From: an uncultured Christensenellaceae bacterium
Lineage (GTDB): Bacteria; Bacillota; Clostridia; Christensenellales; UBA3700
NCBI GenBank assembly: GCA_944381325.1
Contig: CALWKS010000001.1
Location: forward strand, 587,636-651,635
Direction: 5' to 3'
Length of the DNA stretch: 64,000 bases
Shown: positions 48,123 to 58,171 of the stretch, piece by piece
Layout: every line of letters begins with the position of its first letter
How positions within the stretch are numbered: the first letter of the stretch is position 1
Notes under the pieces: generated by a model
The model's input: the letters and a program-made list of their open reading frames with translations, nothing else
What the model was told of the DNA's origin: nothing
Databases searched by the model: none
Translations under genes and position numbers: made by a program

Positions 48123-49393
48123 TATCTCTCCACCTTGATTACGTTTCTTACGCCGATGACGTTTGAAAGACGGCTGATTTCTTCAATAGCTTTCATCATA
48201 GCCTTCTTCTTCGTCTCGTGGGTTACGAATACGATAGGAATGATCTCCTTGCCGTCGTTTTGTCTCATCTGGCTGATAGACACCTTGTATTTCTTGAATA
48301 CTGCCGCAACGTCTGCGATTACGCCTGCAACGTCGTGCACGTCAAGTCTGATATAGTATTCGCTGGGATAATCTTCGTCGATGTCCTTTGCGGTCATAAC
48401 AGTATTCATCTCGCCGTAACGCGCGTGCTTGTCCTGTCTTGCGCAGAAAACTATATCGCTGACGATAGCGCTTCCGGTAGGCAGTGCGCCCGCACCTCTA
48501 CCGTAAAGCATAATATCGCCCACGTTGTCACCTACGAGGAATACCGCATTGAAAGAATCGTTGACGTTGGCAAGCGGATGATTCTTGCTCAGGAATACGG
48601 GGTTTACTCTCGCCTCGATTTTGCCGTCTCTCTGCTTTGCGATAGCCAGCAGTTTGATAACGAATCCCATCTCTTTCGCAATAGCGATGTCTTCCTTGGT
48701 TATCTTTGTGATGCCTTCTCTTTCGATAAGATCGACAGGGAGACGCTTATTGAAAGCAAGAGAAGAAAGGATGCTGAGCTTATAGCTTGAATCGTAACCC
48801 TCTACGTCTGCAACGGGGTTTGCCTCAGCGTAGCCCAGAGCCTGTGCGTCCTTGAGCACATCTGCATAATCAGCGCCTTCCTGAGTCATCTTGGAAAGAA
48901 TATAGTTGGTCGTGCCGTTGATTATAGCTTTGATCTCGAGAATGCTGTTTGCCTGCATAGCCTGAGTCATCATTCTGATAATAGGCATACCGCCGCCGGT
49001 GGTAGCTTCGTAGTAAAGACCCGCGCCCGTCTTAGCAGCAACGTTTTCAAGTTCAGGCCAGCTCTTGCTGAACATCTCTTTGTTGGATGTAACAATGCTC
49101 TTTCCTGCTGCAAGCGCCTTGGTCAGGAAGGTCTTTGCAGGCTCTGTTCCGCCCATACATTCAACGACAATATCAACGTTGTTGTTTGCGCAAATCTCGT
49201 CGATATCTGCCGCAAAATAACTGGGATCGATACCGTATCTCATGCCCTTGTTCTTATCTTTGTCAAGGCACTGAACGACTTCGACCTCAACGCCGTATTC
49301 TTCGGCAATCTGCTTCTTTCTTTCGATAAGAATCTGCGCCGTACCTCCGCCTACAACACCCATACCGAGTATTGCCACACCGACTTTTTTCAT
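48122..49393 (-). CDS. hom: Homoserine dehydrogenase with C-terminal ACT domain
   Basis: 423 aa. N-terminal VAILGMGVVGGG Rossmann motif, and the central NGTTNYILSKM motif. Confidence 0.93.
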   Translation of the reverse strand: MKKVGVAILGMGVVGGGTAQILIERKKQIAEEYGVEVEVVQCLDKDKNKGMRYGIDPSYFAADIDEICANNNVDIVVECMGGTEPAKTFLTKALAAGKSIVTSNKEMFSKSWPELENVAAKTGAGLYYEATTGGGMPIIRMMTQAMQANSILEIKAIINGTTNYILSKMTQEGADYADVLKDAQALGYAEANPVADVEGYDSSYKLSILSSLAFNKRLPVDLIEREGITKITKEDIAIAKEMGFVIKLLAIAKQRDGKIEARVNPVFLSKNHPLANVNDSFNAVFLVGDNVGDIMLYGRGAGALPTGSAIVSDIVFCARQDKHARYGEMNTVMTAKDIDEDYPSEYYIRLDVHDVAGVIADVAAVFKKYKVSISQMRQNDGKEIIPIVFVTHETKKKAMMKAIEEISRLSNVIGVRNVIKVER

Positions 49394-49471
49394 ATTATTC
49401 TCCTTTATGCCTTAAGGCAAAATTTGTTTATCCGTGATTGTAAAAATTATTTTCCGCATCAAAGCGTCATC

Positions 49472-50248
49472 TTACTTCTTATTCATATCGTAAAGTATTT
49501 TCAATCCCTTGAGAGTAAGAGATCTGTCTACGATATCGAGTATCTTCTCGTCGTCCACACCCAGTATCAGCTGACTGAGACCGCCCGTAGCAACGACCTT
49601 TGCGCTCTCGAATCCCTCTTGTTTTCTGAAGCCTTCGACGATATATTTGACCAGTCCCGTAAATCCGTAGATAATTCCAGCCTGCAGATTTGCGTCTGTG
49701 CTTTTGCCCACTATACTCTGAGGCTTTGTCAGCTCTACTCTGGTGAGTTTCGCGGTGTTGCTTACCAGCGATTCAAGACTGCTCTTTATGCCGGGGCAGA
49801 TACATCCGCCCATAAATTCGCCTTTTGCCGATATGAGATTGAACGTTGTCGCAGTGCCGAAATCCACCACGATACACGGACCTCCGTAAAGCTTGTAAGC
49901 GGCAACGCTGTTTACTATTCTGTCCGCGCCGACTTCCTGAGGATTGGTGTATTTTATATTGAGTCCCGTCTTAATTCCCATTCCCACAGTCATAGGCTTT
50001 TTGCCTATATAGTACTGGCAGGCATGCTCCACCGTATAGTTGAGCGGAGGACAGACCGACGACATTATAACGCCCGTAATATCCTTCATATCCACACCGC
50101 CGACCTTGAACATATTGCTGATTTCAATGCCCAGTTCGTCTGCTGTACGGGGAACTTTTACTGAAAGTCTCCAAGACTGACACAGCTTGTCCCCTTTGTA
50201 AAGACCCAGTTTTATATTTGTGTTTCCGACGTCTATTACGAGTAACAT
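49472..50248 (-). CDS. coaX: Type III pantothenate kinase
   Basis: MLLVIDVGNTNIKLGLY and VVDFGTATTF motifs. Confidence 0.93.
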   Translation of the reverse strand: MLLVIDVGNTNIKLGLYKGDKLCQSWRLSVKVPRTADELGIEISNMFKVGGVDMKDITGVIMSSVCPPLNYTVEHACQYYIGKKPMTVGMGIKTGLNIKYTNPQEVGADRIVNSVAAYKLYGGPCIVVDFGTATTFNLISAKGEFMGGCICPGIKSSLESLVSNTAKLTRVELTKPQSIVGKSTDANLQAGIIYGFTGLVKYIVEGFRKQEGFESAKVVATGGLSQLILGVDDEKILDIVDRSLTLKGLKILYDMNKK

Positions 50249-50946
50249 TAAGCCTTTTTCTCCTGCTGTTTTCTTATCGCGTACACGACAGGCGGGGTAA
50301 GAAGAGTCATAACGACCACTTCGATAACAAAATTGAGCGAAACCAGTCCCATCATAAATTCAGGCGTTATCGCGCTGTCCCCTACCGTCTTGCCTTTATA
50401 TAGCAACCATATCATGCCCAGGACCAGAGCCGTATTGGCTGCAACGCCGAGAGCGCTTGAAAAACCGTCAATAAAAACCCTGAGCGGTTTTTTTATTTCC
50501 GGGACGGGTTTTGTCTTGTCTGCATTATTTCCGTCATCGACTTTTGTATCGTCTGTTTTCTGTTCTTCAGATGTTTTTGATTCCGCCTTTGAAAGCGCAT
50601 TCGCCCTGACTTTCTGAGCGAGTTTTACAAGTCCTCTGTTGACTGCCCAGGCTACTGCAGGAACACACATTCTCGGGAGAACGGAGACCAGCGGATTTCT
50701 GAACAGCGGAGCCGTAAGACTTCCCGCCCCTACTGTAAACGCCCCTATAAGCGAAGTTATTCCCATAATAAGTCCGCCCAGCACAGCTGTTTTAAAGTCC
50801 TGTGTAAGTGCGATGACGAGTACGGGAAGAAGCGTAAGCGCCAAAGACGCCGCTCCGAGATTAATAGGCAAAAGACTGAAGATGACGATCAGCGCCAGTT
50901 CAAATGCCAGAAGTGCTATTCTGTGTGATTTTTTCACGACTACCAC
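50248..50946 (-). CDS. Polytopic membrane protein, ECF S-component-like (possible pantothenate transporter PanT), with inserted charged loop
   Basis: TAATG coupling to coaX. ~5-6 TM plus a ~45-aa K/D/E-rich loop. Function is inferred from context only. The start (GTG 50946 or 50937) is uncertain. Confidence 0.45.
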   Translation of the reverse strand: MVVVKKSHRIALLAFELALIVIFSLLPINLGAASLALTLLPVLVIALTQDFKTAVLGGLIMGITSLIGAFTVGAGSLTAPLFRNPLVSVLPRMCVPAVAWAVNRGLVKLAQKVRANALSKAESKTSEEQKTDDTKVDDGNNADKTKPVPEIKKPLRVFIDGFSSALGVAANTALVLGMIWLLYKGKTVGDSAITPEFMMGLVSLNFVIEVVVMTLLTPPVVYAIRKQQEKKA

Positions 50947-51183
50947 GCTTGAGTTTGCCCTGCGGCAATACCCATCCTTTCAGGTAAACTGTTTTATTTG
51001 TCGAACATACAACGGCAAAAGCCTGTCGTTGTTCACGCTAATTATATCAAACAAACGTGCATTTTACAACTAAAATAAAAATATAAAATAAAACAAAAGA
51101 CTTAAAGCAAGGCAAAATACTCAGACAAGCGGCTTTTGCGACTTTTTTTCTCTTTTCCGCGCAATTACAATGCTTAAACGATC

Positions 51184-51639
51184 CTACTGACGAATCGCAA
51201 CGACAACGGCGAAAAGATATACAAACCACAACGTTTTCAGGCAGAATAACGCAAAAGCGAACTTGTCTTTTCTGAAATTGAGAGCCGCGCAAGCGCACGT
51301 CCACACAACAATTATCCCCAGCACTATTGCGGCGGCTATCAGACTGTTCAGCCTGAAGAACGCATAACACCAGAACACATTGAGCGCTCCTGCCGCCACA
51401 GGCAGATACAGTCTCAGCCCCTGAGCTCCTTTTGAAAAAAGCGACGTAAATGCGGCAACGTCCGCAAGATAAATAACTGCCCATAAAGGAGTCTGCCAGT
51501 CCCCTGAAAACGCGAAAGTCGGCAGAACAATCGAAGAATACCACCCTTCTGTATTCACTGCAAGCGCAGACGGAAAAGCGGACAACAAAACAAGTCCCAC
51601 TGAAATACATATTGCCCACAATCTTCTTACAGTCTGCAT
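51184..51639 (-). CDS. TspO/MBR-like tryptophan-rich membrane protein
   Basis: 151 aa, 5 TM. WY..LP...W..IYL, N..W...FF and LW..YLFA patterns resemble TspO. The overlapping 209-aa ORF in another frame is rejected. Confidence 0.55.
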   Translation of the reverse strand: MQTVRRLWAICISVGLVLLSAFPSALAVNTEGWYSSIVLPTFAFSGDWQTPLWAVIYLADVAAFTSLFSKGAQGLRLYLPVAAGALNVFWCYAFFRLNSLIAAAIVLGIIVVWTCACAALNFRKDKFAFALFCLKTLWFVYLFAVVVAIRQ

Positions 51640-51804
51640 ATGATACGCTATGCTGAAAGATAAAAAATAATACCACCCCCTATATCATCAAAGCATTTCA
51701 AAGCTTATATTCAGCAGCCATTCTTATGCTCGGATAAATTTAAAATCAATACTTCCTGAATTGAAATGATCTCCATTGCTTAAAATCGCCAAAATCAAAG
51801 CATT

Positions 51805-51833
51805 AAAAAAACCTCCGTCATACGGAGGTTTGA
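51805..51833 (-). terminator. Rho-independent terminator after the 112-aa gene
   Basis: ACCTCCG-TCATA-CGGAGGT with an A7 run on plus, which is a T-run on minus. Confidence 0.8.
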
Positions 51834-51838
51834 TTGAA

Positions 51839-52177
51839 TTATTGTTTTTCTGATTGATTATCGACGTTTTCTGCACATTCGGTTTCACAAACTTTTTCAG
51901 ATGCCTGCACCTTCTTGCCATACCTCGAGACAACTTCTCTCGGCTTCAGTTTCCCCTTCTTGTAGAGATAAAACTGAATTCCGTCCCAAGTAAAGTCCAC
52001 AACAGCAACAGGCAAAACCGCATAAAGCGAAAACTGCCAGTATAAATCAGAATATACGGCGACAAACACCACCCACAGAATAAACATTACGGGCGTTATC
52101 ACCATCTTCCATATTCTGTAAGGCAGAGGTTTTACAGGCAAATCCAGCCACCATGTTACGAAATTGTATTTTTTCAT
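51839..52177 (-). CDS. Small 2-TM membrane protein, unknown function
   Basis: 112 aa with two hydrophobic helices, and its own terminator. Confidence 0.5.
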   Translation of the reverse strand: MKKYNFVTWWLDLPVKPLPYRIWKMVITPVMFILWVVFVAVYSDLYWQFSLYAVLPVAVVDFTWDGIQFYLYKKGKLKPREVVSRYGKKVQASEKVCETECAENVDNQSEKQ

Positions 52178-52454
52178 ATTTCAATCATACTACCGATAAG
52201 CTTGCTTTGTCAATTAAAGCGGCTTACAGTTGACCGACATAAATGCGCTCATAAACACAAACTCGACAATCTCTAATTTTTTATCAGAAAAAATCAAACT
52301 GCTTTTTCTGTTGTTTATGTCTTATTAAGTCTTTCACAGAACACTCTTTTGAACGTTTTCTGTTTTCAATAACGTTGCGATTGTAAGAAAGATTATCATC
52401 AGCTACCTCTCCCCTTTTCTCCATATTACCTTTGACGATCAGCATAAAATGAAG

Positions 52455-52483
52455 AAAAAACAAAGTCGGCGTTGCCGCCGACT
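52455..52483 (-). terminator. Rho-independent terminator after the Cys-rich peptide gene
   Basis: Minus strand: AGTCGGCG-GCAA-CGCCGACT followed by TTGTTTTTT. Confidence 0.8.
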
Positions 52484-52516
52484 CCGTTTCTTGCTTTTTG
52501 CAGTATGTATTATGGC

Positions 52517-52699
52517 TTACTTGCAGCCGCAACTGTCGCCGCACCCGCAGCAGCTGAGCGCTACGAGAATAGGAATAATGTTACAGCCGGAGCCGCAGCT
52601 CTTGAAACCGCTACCGCCGCCACAGCAGCAGAGCAACAGAAGAATTATCCACAGGCAATCGCAACCGCCGGACATTCCGCATTCGTTAAAATTGTTCAT
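52517..52699 (-). CDS. 60-aa cysteine-rich (13 Cys) hydrophobic peptide
   Basis: MNNFNECGMSGGCDCLWIILLLLCCCGGGSGFKSCGSGCNIIPILVALSCCGCGDSCGCK. GGGAGG RBS lies 7 nt upstream of ATG 52699, and the gene has its own terminator. Confidence 0.6.
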   Translation of the reverse strand: MNNFNECGMSGGCDCLWIILLLLCCCGGGSGFKSCGSGCNIIPILVALSCCGCGDSCGCK

Positions 52700-52783
52700 A
52701 TTTGTTCCTCCCATATTGTCAACGGGGCTTATCTCATCCCGCTACTTCACAATACGCAAATTGCGGCAAAAACGTTACATCGT

Positions 52784-52812
52784 TTGACAAAGTAAAATAA
52801 AATTCTTATAAT
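52784..52812 (+). promoter_or_regulatory. Consensus sigma-A promoter TTGACA-17-TATAAT upstream of glyQS
   Basis: Read directly: TTGACA at 52784-52789, TATAAT at 52807-52812. The short leader contains hairpin GGCGGAAAATTCCGCC before the RBS. Confidence 0.75.
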
Positions 52813-52866
52813 CTATATGTTAATAATAATTTCAGGCGGAAAATTCCGCCGCGAGGAGTTTTATTT

Positions 52867-54252
52867 ATGGCAGAACTCACAATGGATAAACTGGTCGCTC
52901 TGTGCAAAAGCAGAGGCTTCATTTTCGCAGGAAGCGAAATATACGGCGGCTTGGCAAACACCTGGGACTACGGCCCTTTGGGCGTTGAACTCAAAAACAA
53001 CGTTAAGCGCGCATGGTGGAAAAAATTCATTCAGGAAAATCCGCTCAACACGGGTCTTGACTGTGCAATTCTGATGAACCCCAACGTATGGGTAGCAAGC
53101 GGACACCTCGGCGGTTTCAGCGATCCTCTTATGGACTGCAAGAGCTGTAAATCTCGCCACCGCGCAGACAATCTCGTCGAAGATTACATGAAGCGCAAGG
53201 GCATCGAAGAAAGCATCGCAGGCTGGACCAATGAACAGCTTGAAAAATACATCATCGACAACAAGATCCCCTGCCCTGTATGCGGCAAATGCGATTTTAC
53301 CAGCATCAGACAGTTCAACCTTATGTTCAAGACTTTCCAGGGCGTTACCGAAGACAGCGCAAACACCGTATATCTGCGTCCTGAAACAGCTCAGGGTATC
53401 TTTGTAAACTTCCTCAACGTTCAGCGTTCTGCACGTATGAAAGTGCCTTTCGGTATCGGTCAGATCGGCAAGAGCTTCCGCAACGAGATCACCCCCGGCA
53501 ACTTCACTTTCCGCATCCGTGAATTTGAACAGATGGAACTTGAATTCTTCTGCAAACCCGGCACGGATCTTGAATGGTTTGCATATTGGAAGGACTTCTG
53601 CAAGAAGTGGCTTCTCGACCTCGGCATGGACGAATACAAACTCAAGCTGCGCGACCACGACAAAGAAGAGCTCTGCTTCTACTCCAACGCTACTACCGAC
53701 TTCGAGTTCAAATTCCCGTTCGGTTGGGGCGAACTCTGGGGCGTTGCAGACCGCACCGATTACGACCTCAAGCAGCACATCAAAGTCAGCGGCAAAAACC
53801 TTGAATATACTGATCCCGTTACCAACGAGAAATATATCCCCTACGTCATCGAGCCGTCTCTCGGCGCAGACAGAATGGTTCTTGCTTTCCTCTGCAACGC
53901 ATACGACGAAGAGGTTGTCGACGGCGAGACCCGCGTAGTTCTTCATCTGCACCACGCTCTTGCTCCTTACAAAGTTGCAGTTCTTCCTCTCCAGAAGAAA
54001 GCTCTCGGCGAGAAGTCAGAAGAACTTTACCGCGCTCTCTGCAAGAAGTTCTCCGCTACTTACGACGAAGCAGGCAGCATCGGCAAGAGATACCGCCGTC
54101 AGGACGAAATCGGCACTCCGTACTGCGTAACCGTAGACTTCGAAACTCTTGAAAACAATACGGTAACCGTAAGAGAACGCGACAGCATGGCTCAGATCAG
54201 AATCAATATCGACGATCTTGAAAGCTATCTTGATAAAAATCTTGAATATTGA
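52867..54252 (+). CDS. glyQS: Glycine--tRNA ligase (dimeric class II type)
   Basis: 461 aa. [25 protein letters not shown], and [25 protein letters not shown] (motif 2). Confidence 0.96.
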   Translation: MAELTMDKLVALCKSRGFIFAGSEIYGGLANTWDYGPLGVELKNNVKRAWWKKFIQENPLNTGLDCAILMNPNVWVASGHLGGFSDPLMDCKSCKSRHRADNLVEDYMKRKGIEESIAGWTNEQLEKYIIDNKIPCPVCGKCDFTSIRQFNLMFKTFQGVTEDSANTVYLRPETAQGIFVNFLNVQRSARMKVPFGIGQIGKSFRNEITPGNFTFRIREFEQMELEFFCKPGTDLEWFAYWKDFCKKWLLDLGMDEYKLKLRDHDKEELCFYSNATTDFEFKFPFGWGELWGVADRTDYDLKQHIKVSGKNLEYTDPVTNEKYIPYVIEPSLGADRMVLAFLCNAYDEEVVDGETRVVLHLHHALAPYKVAVLPLQKKALGEKSEELYRALCKKFSATYDEAGSIGKRYRRQDEIGTPYCVTVDFETLENNTVTVRERDSMAQIRINIDDLESYLDKNLEY

Positions 54253-54286
54253 TATTAAGTTGACTAAATAAATCAGATAAAACTTA

Positions 54287-54316
54287 AATGCGCGCCTGAA
54301 TAAGGCGCGCATTTTT
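54287..54316 (+). terminator. Rho-independent terminator after glyQS
   Basis: ATGCGCGCC-TGAATAA-GGCGCGCAT followed by TTTTT. Confidence 0.85.
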
Positions 54317-54514
54317 CGTCAAACAAGTTTAAACGCTATATAAAGCAACTTTACAACTTTATAGATTCATCAAACAGATTCAATCTCCCTTACCTTGAAC
54401 TTTTCTCTCCGAAACGTGCAAGGTAACTTAAAAACATTAAAAGATCAATATGGACAATAAAAAAAAGCGGCTCGCACAAAGGCTTACCGCTTTCAACTTT
54501 GATATACGATTTTA

Positions 54515-54907
54515 TCAGTCAAAATGACGTTTTCTCTCAAATATAACCTTACGGCTGAGAAGATTTACATAAGTCGTCATATAACCTGCCTGCATCCAGA
54601 CTTTGGATATAGAATGCGTATCGGTGTTAGACCAATAAGCACGATGATTGTATGCAGAAGACGGCAGAGGATTGCCAATAAGATCCTCAATCTGTTTAAA
54701 CGTCATGGTTATGCTGTCGCCGCCGTGATTGTGCAAGAAGTCAGCAAGGAATCTGTACTTACCCTTAACCCCCACGTTGTAAACTTCTTCTTTCTCTCTG
54801 GGCGCCTTCTGAACAGTCGCGCCTTTTTCAAGCAGTGCCTCAATTTTTTCAAGTCTTTCCTGAAGTGCCTGCACCTGCATTGAGAGTTCTTCAACGGTAA
54901 TAGCCAT
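54515..54907 (-). CDS. 130-aa hypothetical protein (N-terminal coiled coil plus C-terminal globular domain)
   Basis: GGAGG RBS, with a TGtTATAAT extended -10 at ~54947-54955 on the minus strand. No family recognised by eye. Confidence 0.55.
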   Translation of the reverse strand: MAITVEELSMQVQALQERLEKIEALLEKGATVQKAPREKEEVYNVGVKGKYRFLADFLHNHGGDSITMTFKQIEDLIGNPLPSSAYNHRAYWSNTDTHSISKVWMQAGYMTTYVNLLSRKVIFERKRHFD

Positions 54908-54999
54908 AGCTTCCTCCGATAGTGTCTTTTGCCTTTTCTAACGGTTACTATTATAACATTATTTTACAGTAAAAACAAGTAAAATACAAAATATATTTG

Positions 55000-56394
55000 A
55001 GAATTTATGTGGAGCAAAAAACACCGCAATTAAGAACCTGAGATATCATAGAATTATAAACAGAACATTTATTAAAATTGTTCACACTCAAAACATATCT
55101 GTTAATGCTCCTGTAAAACATAATGAAATTAAGCAGAAGTTTAACGCTACTATTTATATATGTTATTTCATCGGCAAAAACAATCTATTCACTTCTCATA
55201 TAAAGCCTTATATCATAACTAATTTATGAAGTCTAAATATTATGCAGTTTTAATCAATTCGTTAAAATAAATTTTTATACATTCATTTAAATATTTACAA
55301 AACATCTTCAAAATAAGATTAAACTATAAAAGAAATTTACCCGCAATTACTCATATTTACATTTGTTAACAGCTTATATTAACAACTGAACCATCTTCTA
55401 ACTTAAAAAGAACATTGTCATACAACTCGTTTGTGCAAATATATTGTCTTATATATAATTCTGACGATTAATACAGATGCCGAACGGTGATATTGTTATT
55501 AATAATTATCACACGTAGCGGTTATTCACACTATGTTTATAATACTCTTGTTATTCTCTGCTAAATATGAAAATTTAAAACTCATTGACAAATTTAAATC
55601 GAATTAATCTGCCATTGTCAGAAATTGTTATTTACAATTAAATACAACAGTTTTCGATACATTACAATCAATTTGAATTTAATTTGCATTTTCATTTACA
55701 GTAACAGTTTTGATATTTTTAATTATTATCAATTATTATTAATTATTATTTAAAATCAAATTTAAATCTGAATCAAATTAATAACATTAGATGTTTTAAT
55801 CTATTGAAACTTTCTACTGTTTCAGCTCTCATATTTCATTTGTTTCAGACAATCCAACTTGCCTACTTTTTCTCCGATTATTTTACTCAAATCCACTCAC
55901 AGACAAACCTTCAGCGTCCTAGCCGATCGTGGCGTATCAACTTTGAATTGTAATTGTATTTATAATTATTATTAATTATTTTTAAGTTGTTAATATTACT
56001 GATTTCAGAAATAATGAAGCTGTTCCAATTAATAACTATGATATTTACATCTATATTTACGACCAACATCAACACAATTCTATCAACGATAAGTCCATTG
56101 AATCACAGAATATTCCGATTTAATATCATCAAGACTTTAAAGTTTCACAGTATGTGAATCTTATATAAACCATGTCTCAAGTGCATAGCGTTAAAGTGAA
56201 TGAAAATTGACAATTTAAAACATCAAAAAGCAGCTAGGATTTCTTATGCAAAAAAGAATAGATTTTTAGATTATGTAAGTAGTTTTTGCAAGCTTAATAA
56301 GCTTATTAAAAATATGATAAACATTAGCCCATAATTTTATCGGCTTATAAAAATTAATCGATATAAGGAATCTTTCAACCTAACCACTATATAC
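55000..56394. other. ORF-free, very AT-rich (~25% GC by hand count) ~1.4-kb island
   Basis: No ORF of 60 aa or more begins inside 55000-56336 in any frame; one out-of-frame ORF (56337..56825) clips the right edge. Hand count over 55021-56400 gives G 137 and C 213 of 1380 nt. Stops are dense in all frames. Confidence 0.9.
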
Positions 56395-56425
56395 AAAAAA
56401 TCGCCGCTCCTTTGCGGAACGGCGA
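56395..56425 (-). terminator. Rho-independent terminator after guaB
   Basis: TCGCCG...CGGCGA stem with an inner TCC/GGA, and an A6 run on plus, which is a T-run on minus. Confidence 0.8.
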
Positions 56426-56454
56426 AAATATTTGCAAATTCAGATTTGATTTTA

Positions 56455-57909
<1,455 letters not shown>

Positions 57910-58171
57910 TTAAAATCTCCTTGTCGCTTTTTCTAATTTTAGAACTTTTTGACGGATAAAGTCAAATAAATATACCCCCTCAAACGCCCATTTAAAATAA
58001 AATCTTGACAAGTTCTTACCCGCACTTTAAACAAGCGTGTGTTTTCGGACATTTTGTCCTTTTTCGTATCGTCAGATTGTTATTTTATATACAAATTTTA
58101 GCTTGCAAGGCTTACGGAAAAATGATATTATAATTATAATAAAATAAAAATAGGTAAAAATCGGTTATTTT

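Noticed and set aside
51047-51676. 209-aa Cys/Arg-rich ORF overlapping the TspO-like gene in another frame
   Set aside because: The 151-aa frame gives a coherent 5-TM TspO-like protein. The 209-aa frame is compositionally implausible.
52449-52795. Two plus-strand ORFs (112 and 107 aa) opposite the Cys-rich peptide gene
   Set aside because: They are Pro/Gln/Ala-rich translations of the GC-rich Cys/Gly codon run. The minus-strand peptide has the RBS and terminator. This remains worth a conservation check.
52715-52866. Possible T-box leader upstream of glyQS
   Set aside because: The consensus promoter at 52784-52812 leaves only a ~50-nt leader with one small hairpin. That is far too short for a T-box, and no T-box sequence was seen.
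52861-53955. 364-aa ORF antisense to glyQS, and similar long antisense ORFs at 13037..13591, 15658..16470, 16634..17341, 29874..30653, 49424..50164 and 57157..57936
   Set aside because: Each is opposite a confidently identified housekeeping gene (glyQS, thrC, leuA-like, prfA, degV, coaX, guaB) and has no recognisable motifs. They are stop-poor antisense frames caused by codon bias.
56252-56282. dif-like site (TTATGTAA within AGAATAGATTTTTAGATTATGTAAGTA)
   Set aside because: Only the right half-site resembles the Firmicute dif consensus as I recall it. The left arm and spacer do not match. It is probably chance in 75% AT sequence.
55000-56394. AT island as chromosomal oriC, or as coding sequence in an alternative genetic code
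   Set aside because: There is no dnaA or dnaN nearby and no TTATCCACA-type boxes. All three stop codons, especially TAA, are frequent in all six frames, so no single reassignment opens a frame.
57910-58171. Possible purine riboswitch upstream of guaB (AAAUGUCCGA-like string at ~58046-58060)
   Set aside because: Only one short block resembles the guanine aptamer. The conserved UAUAAU, GGAUAUGGC and CUACCGGG blocks are absent.
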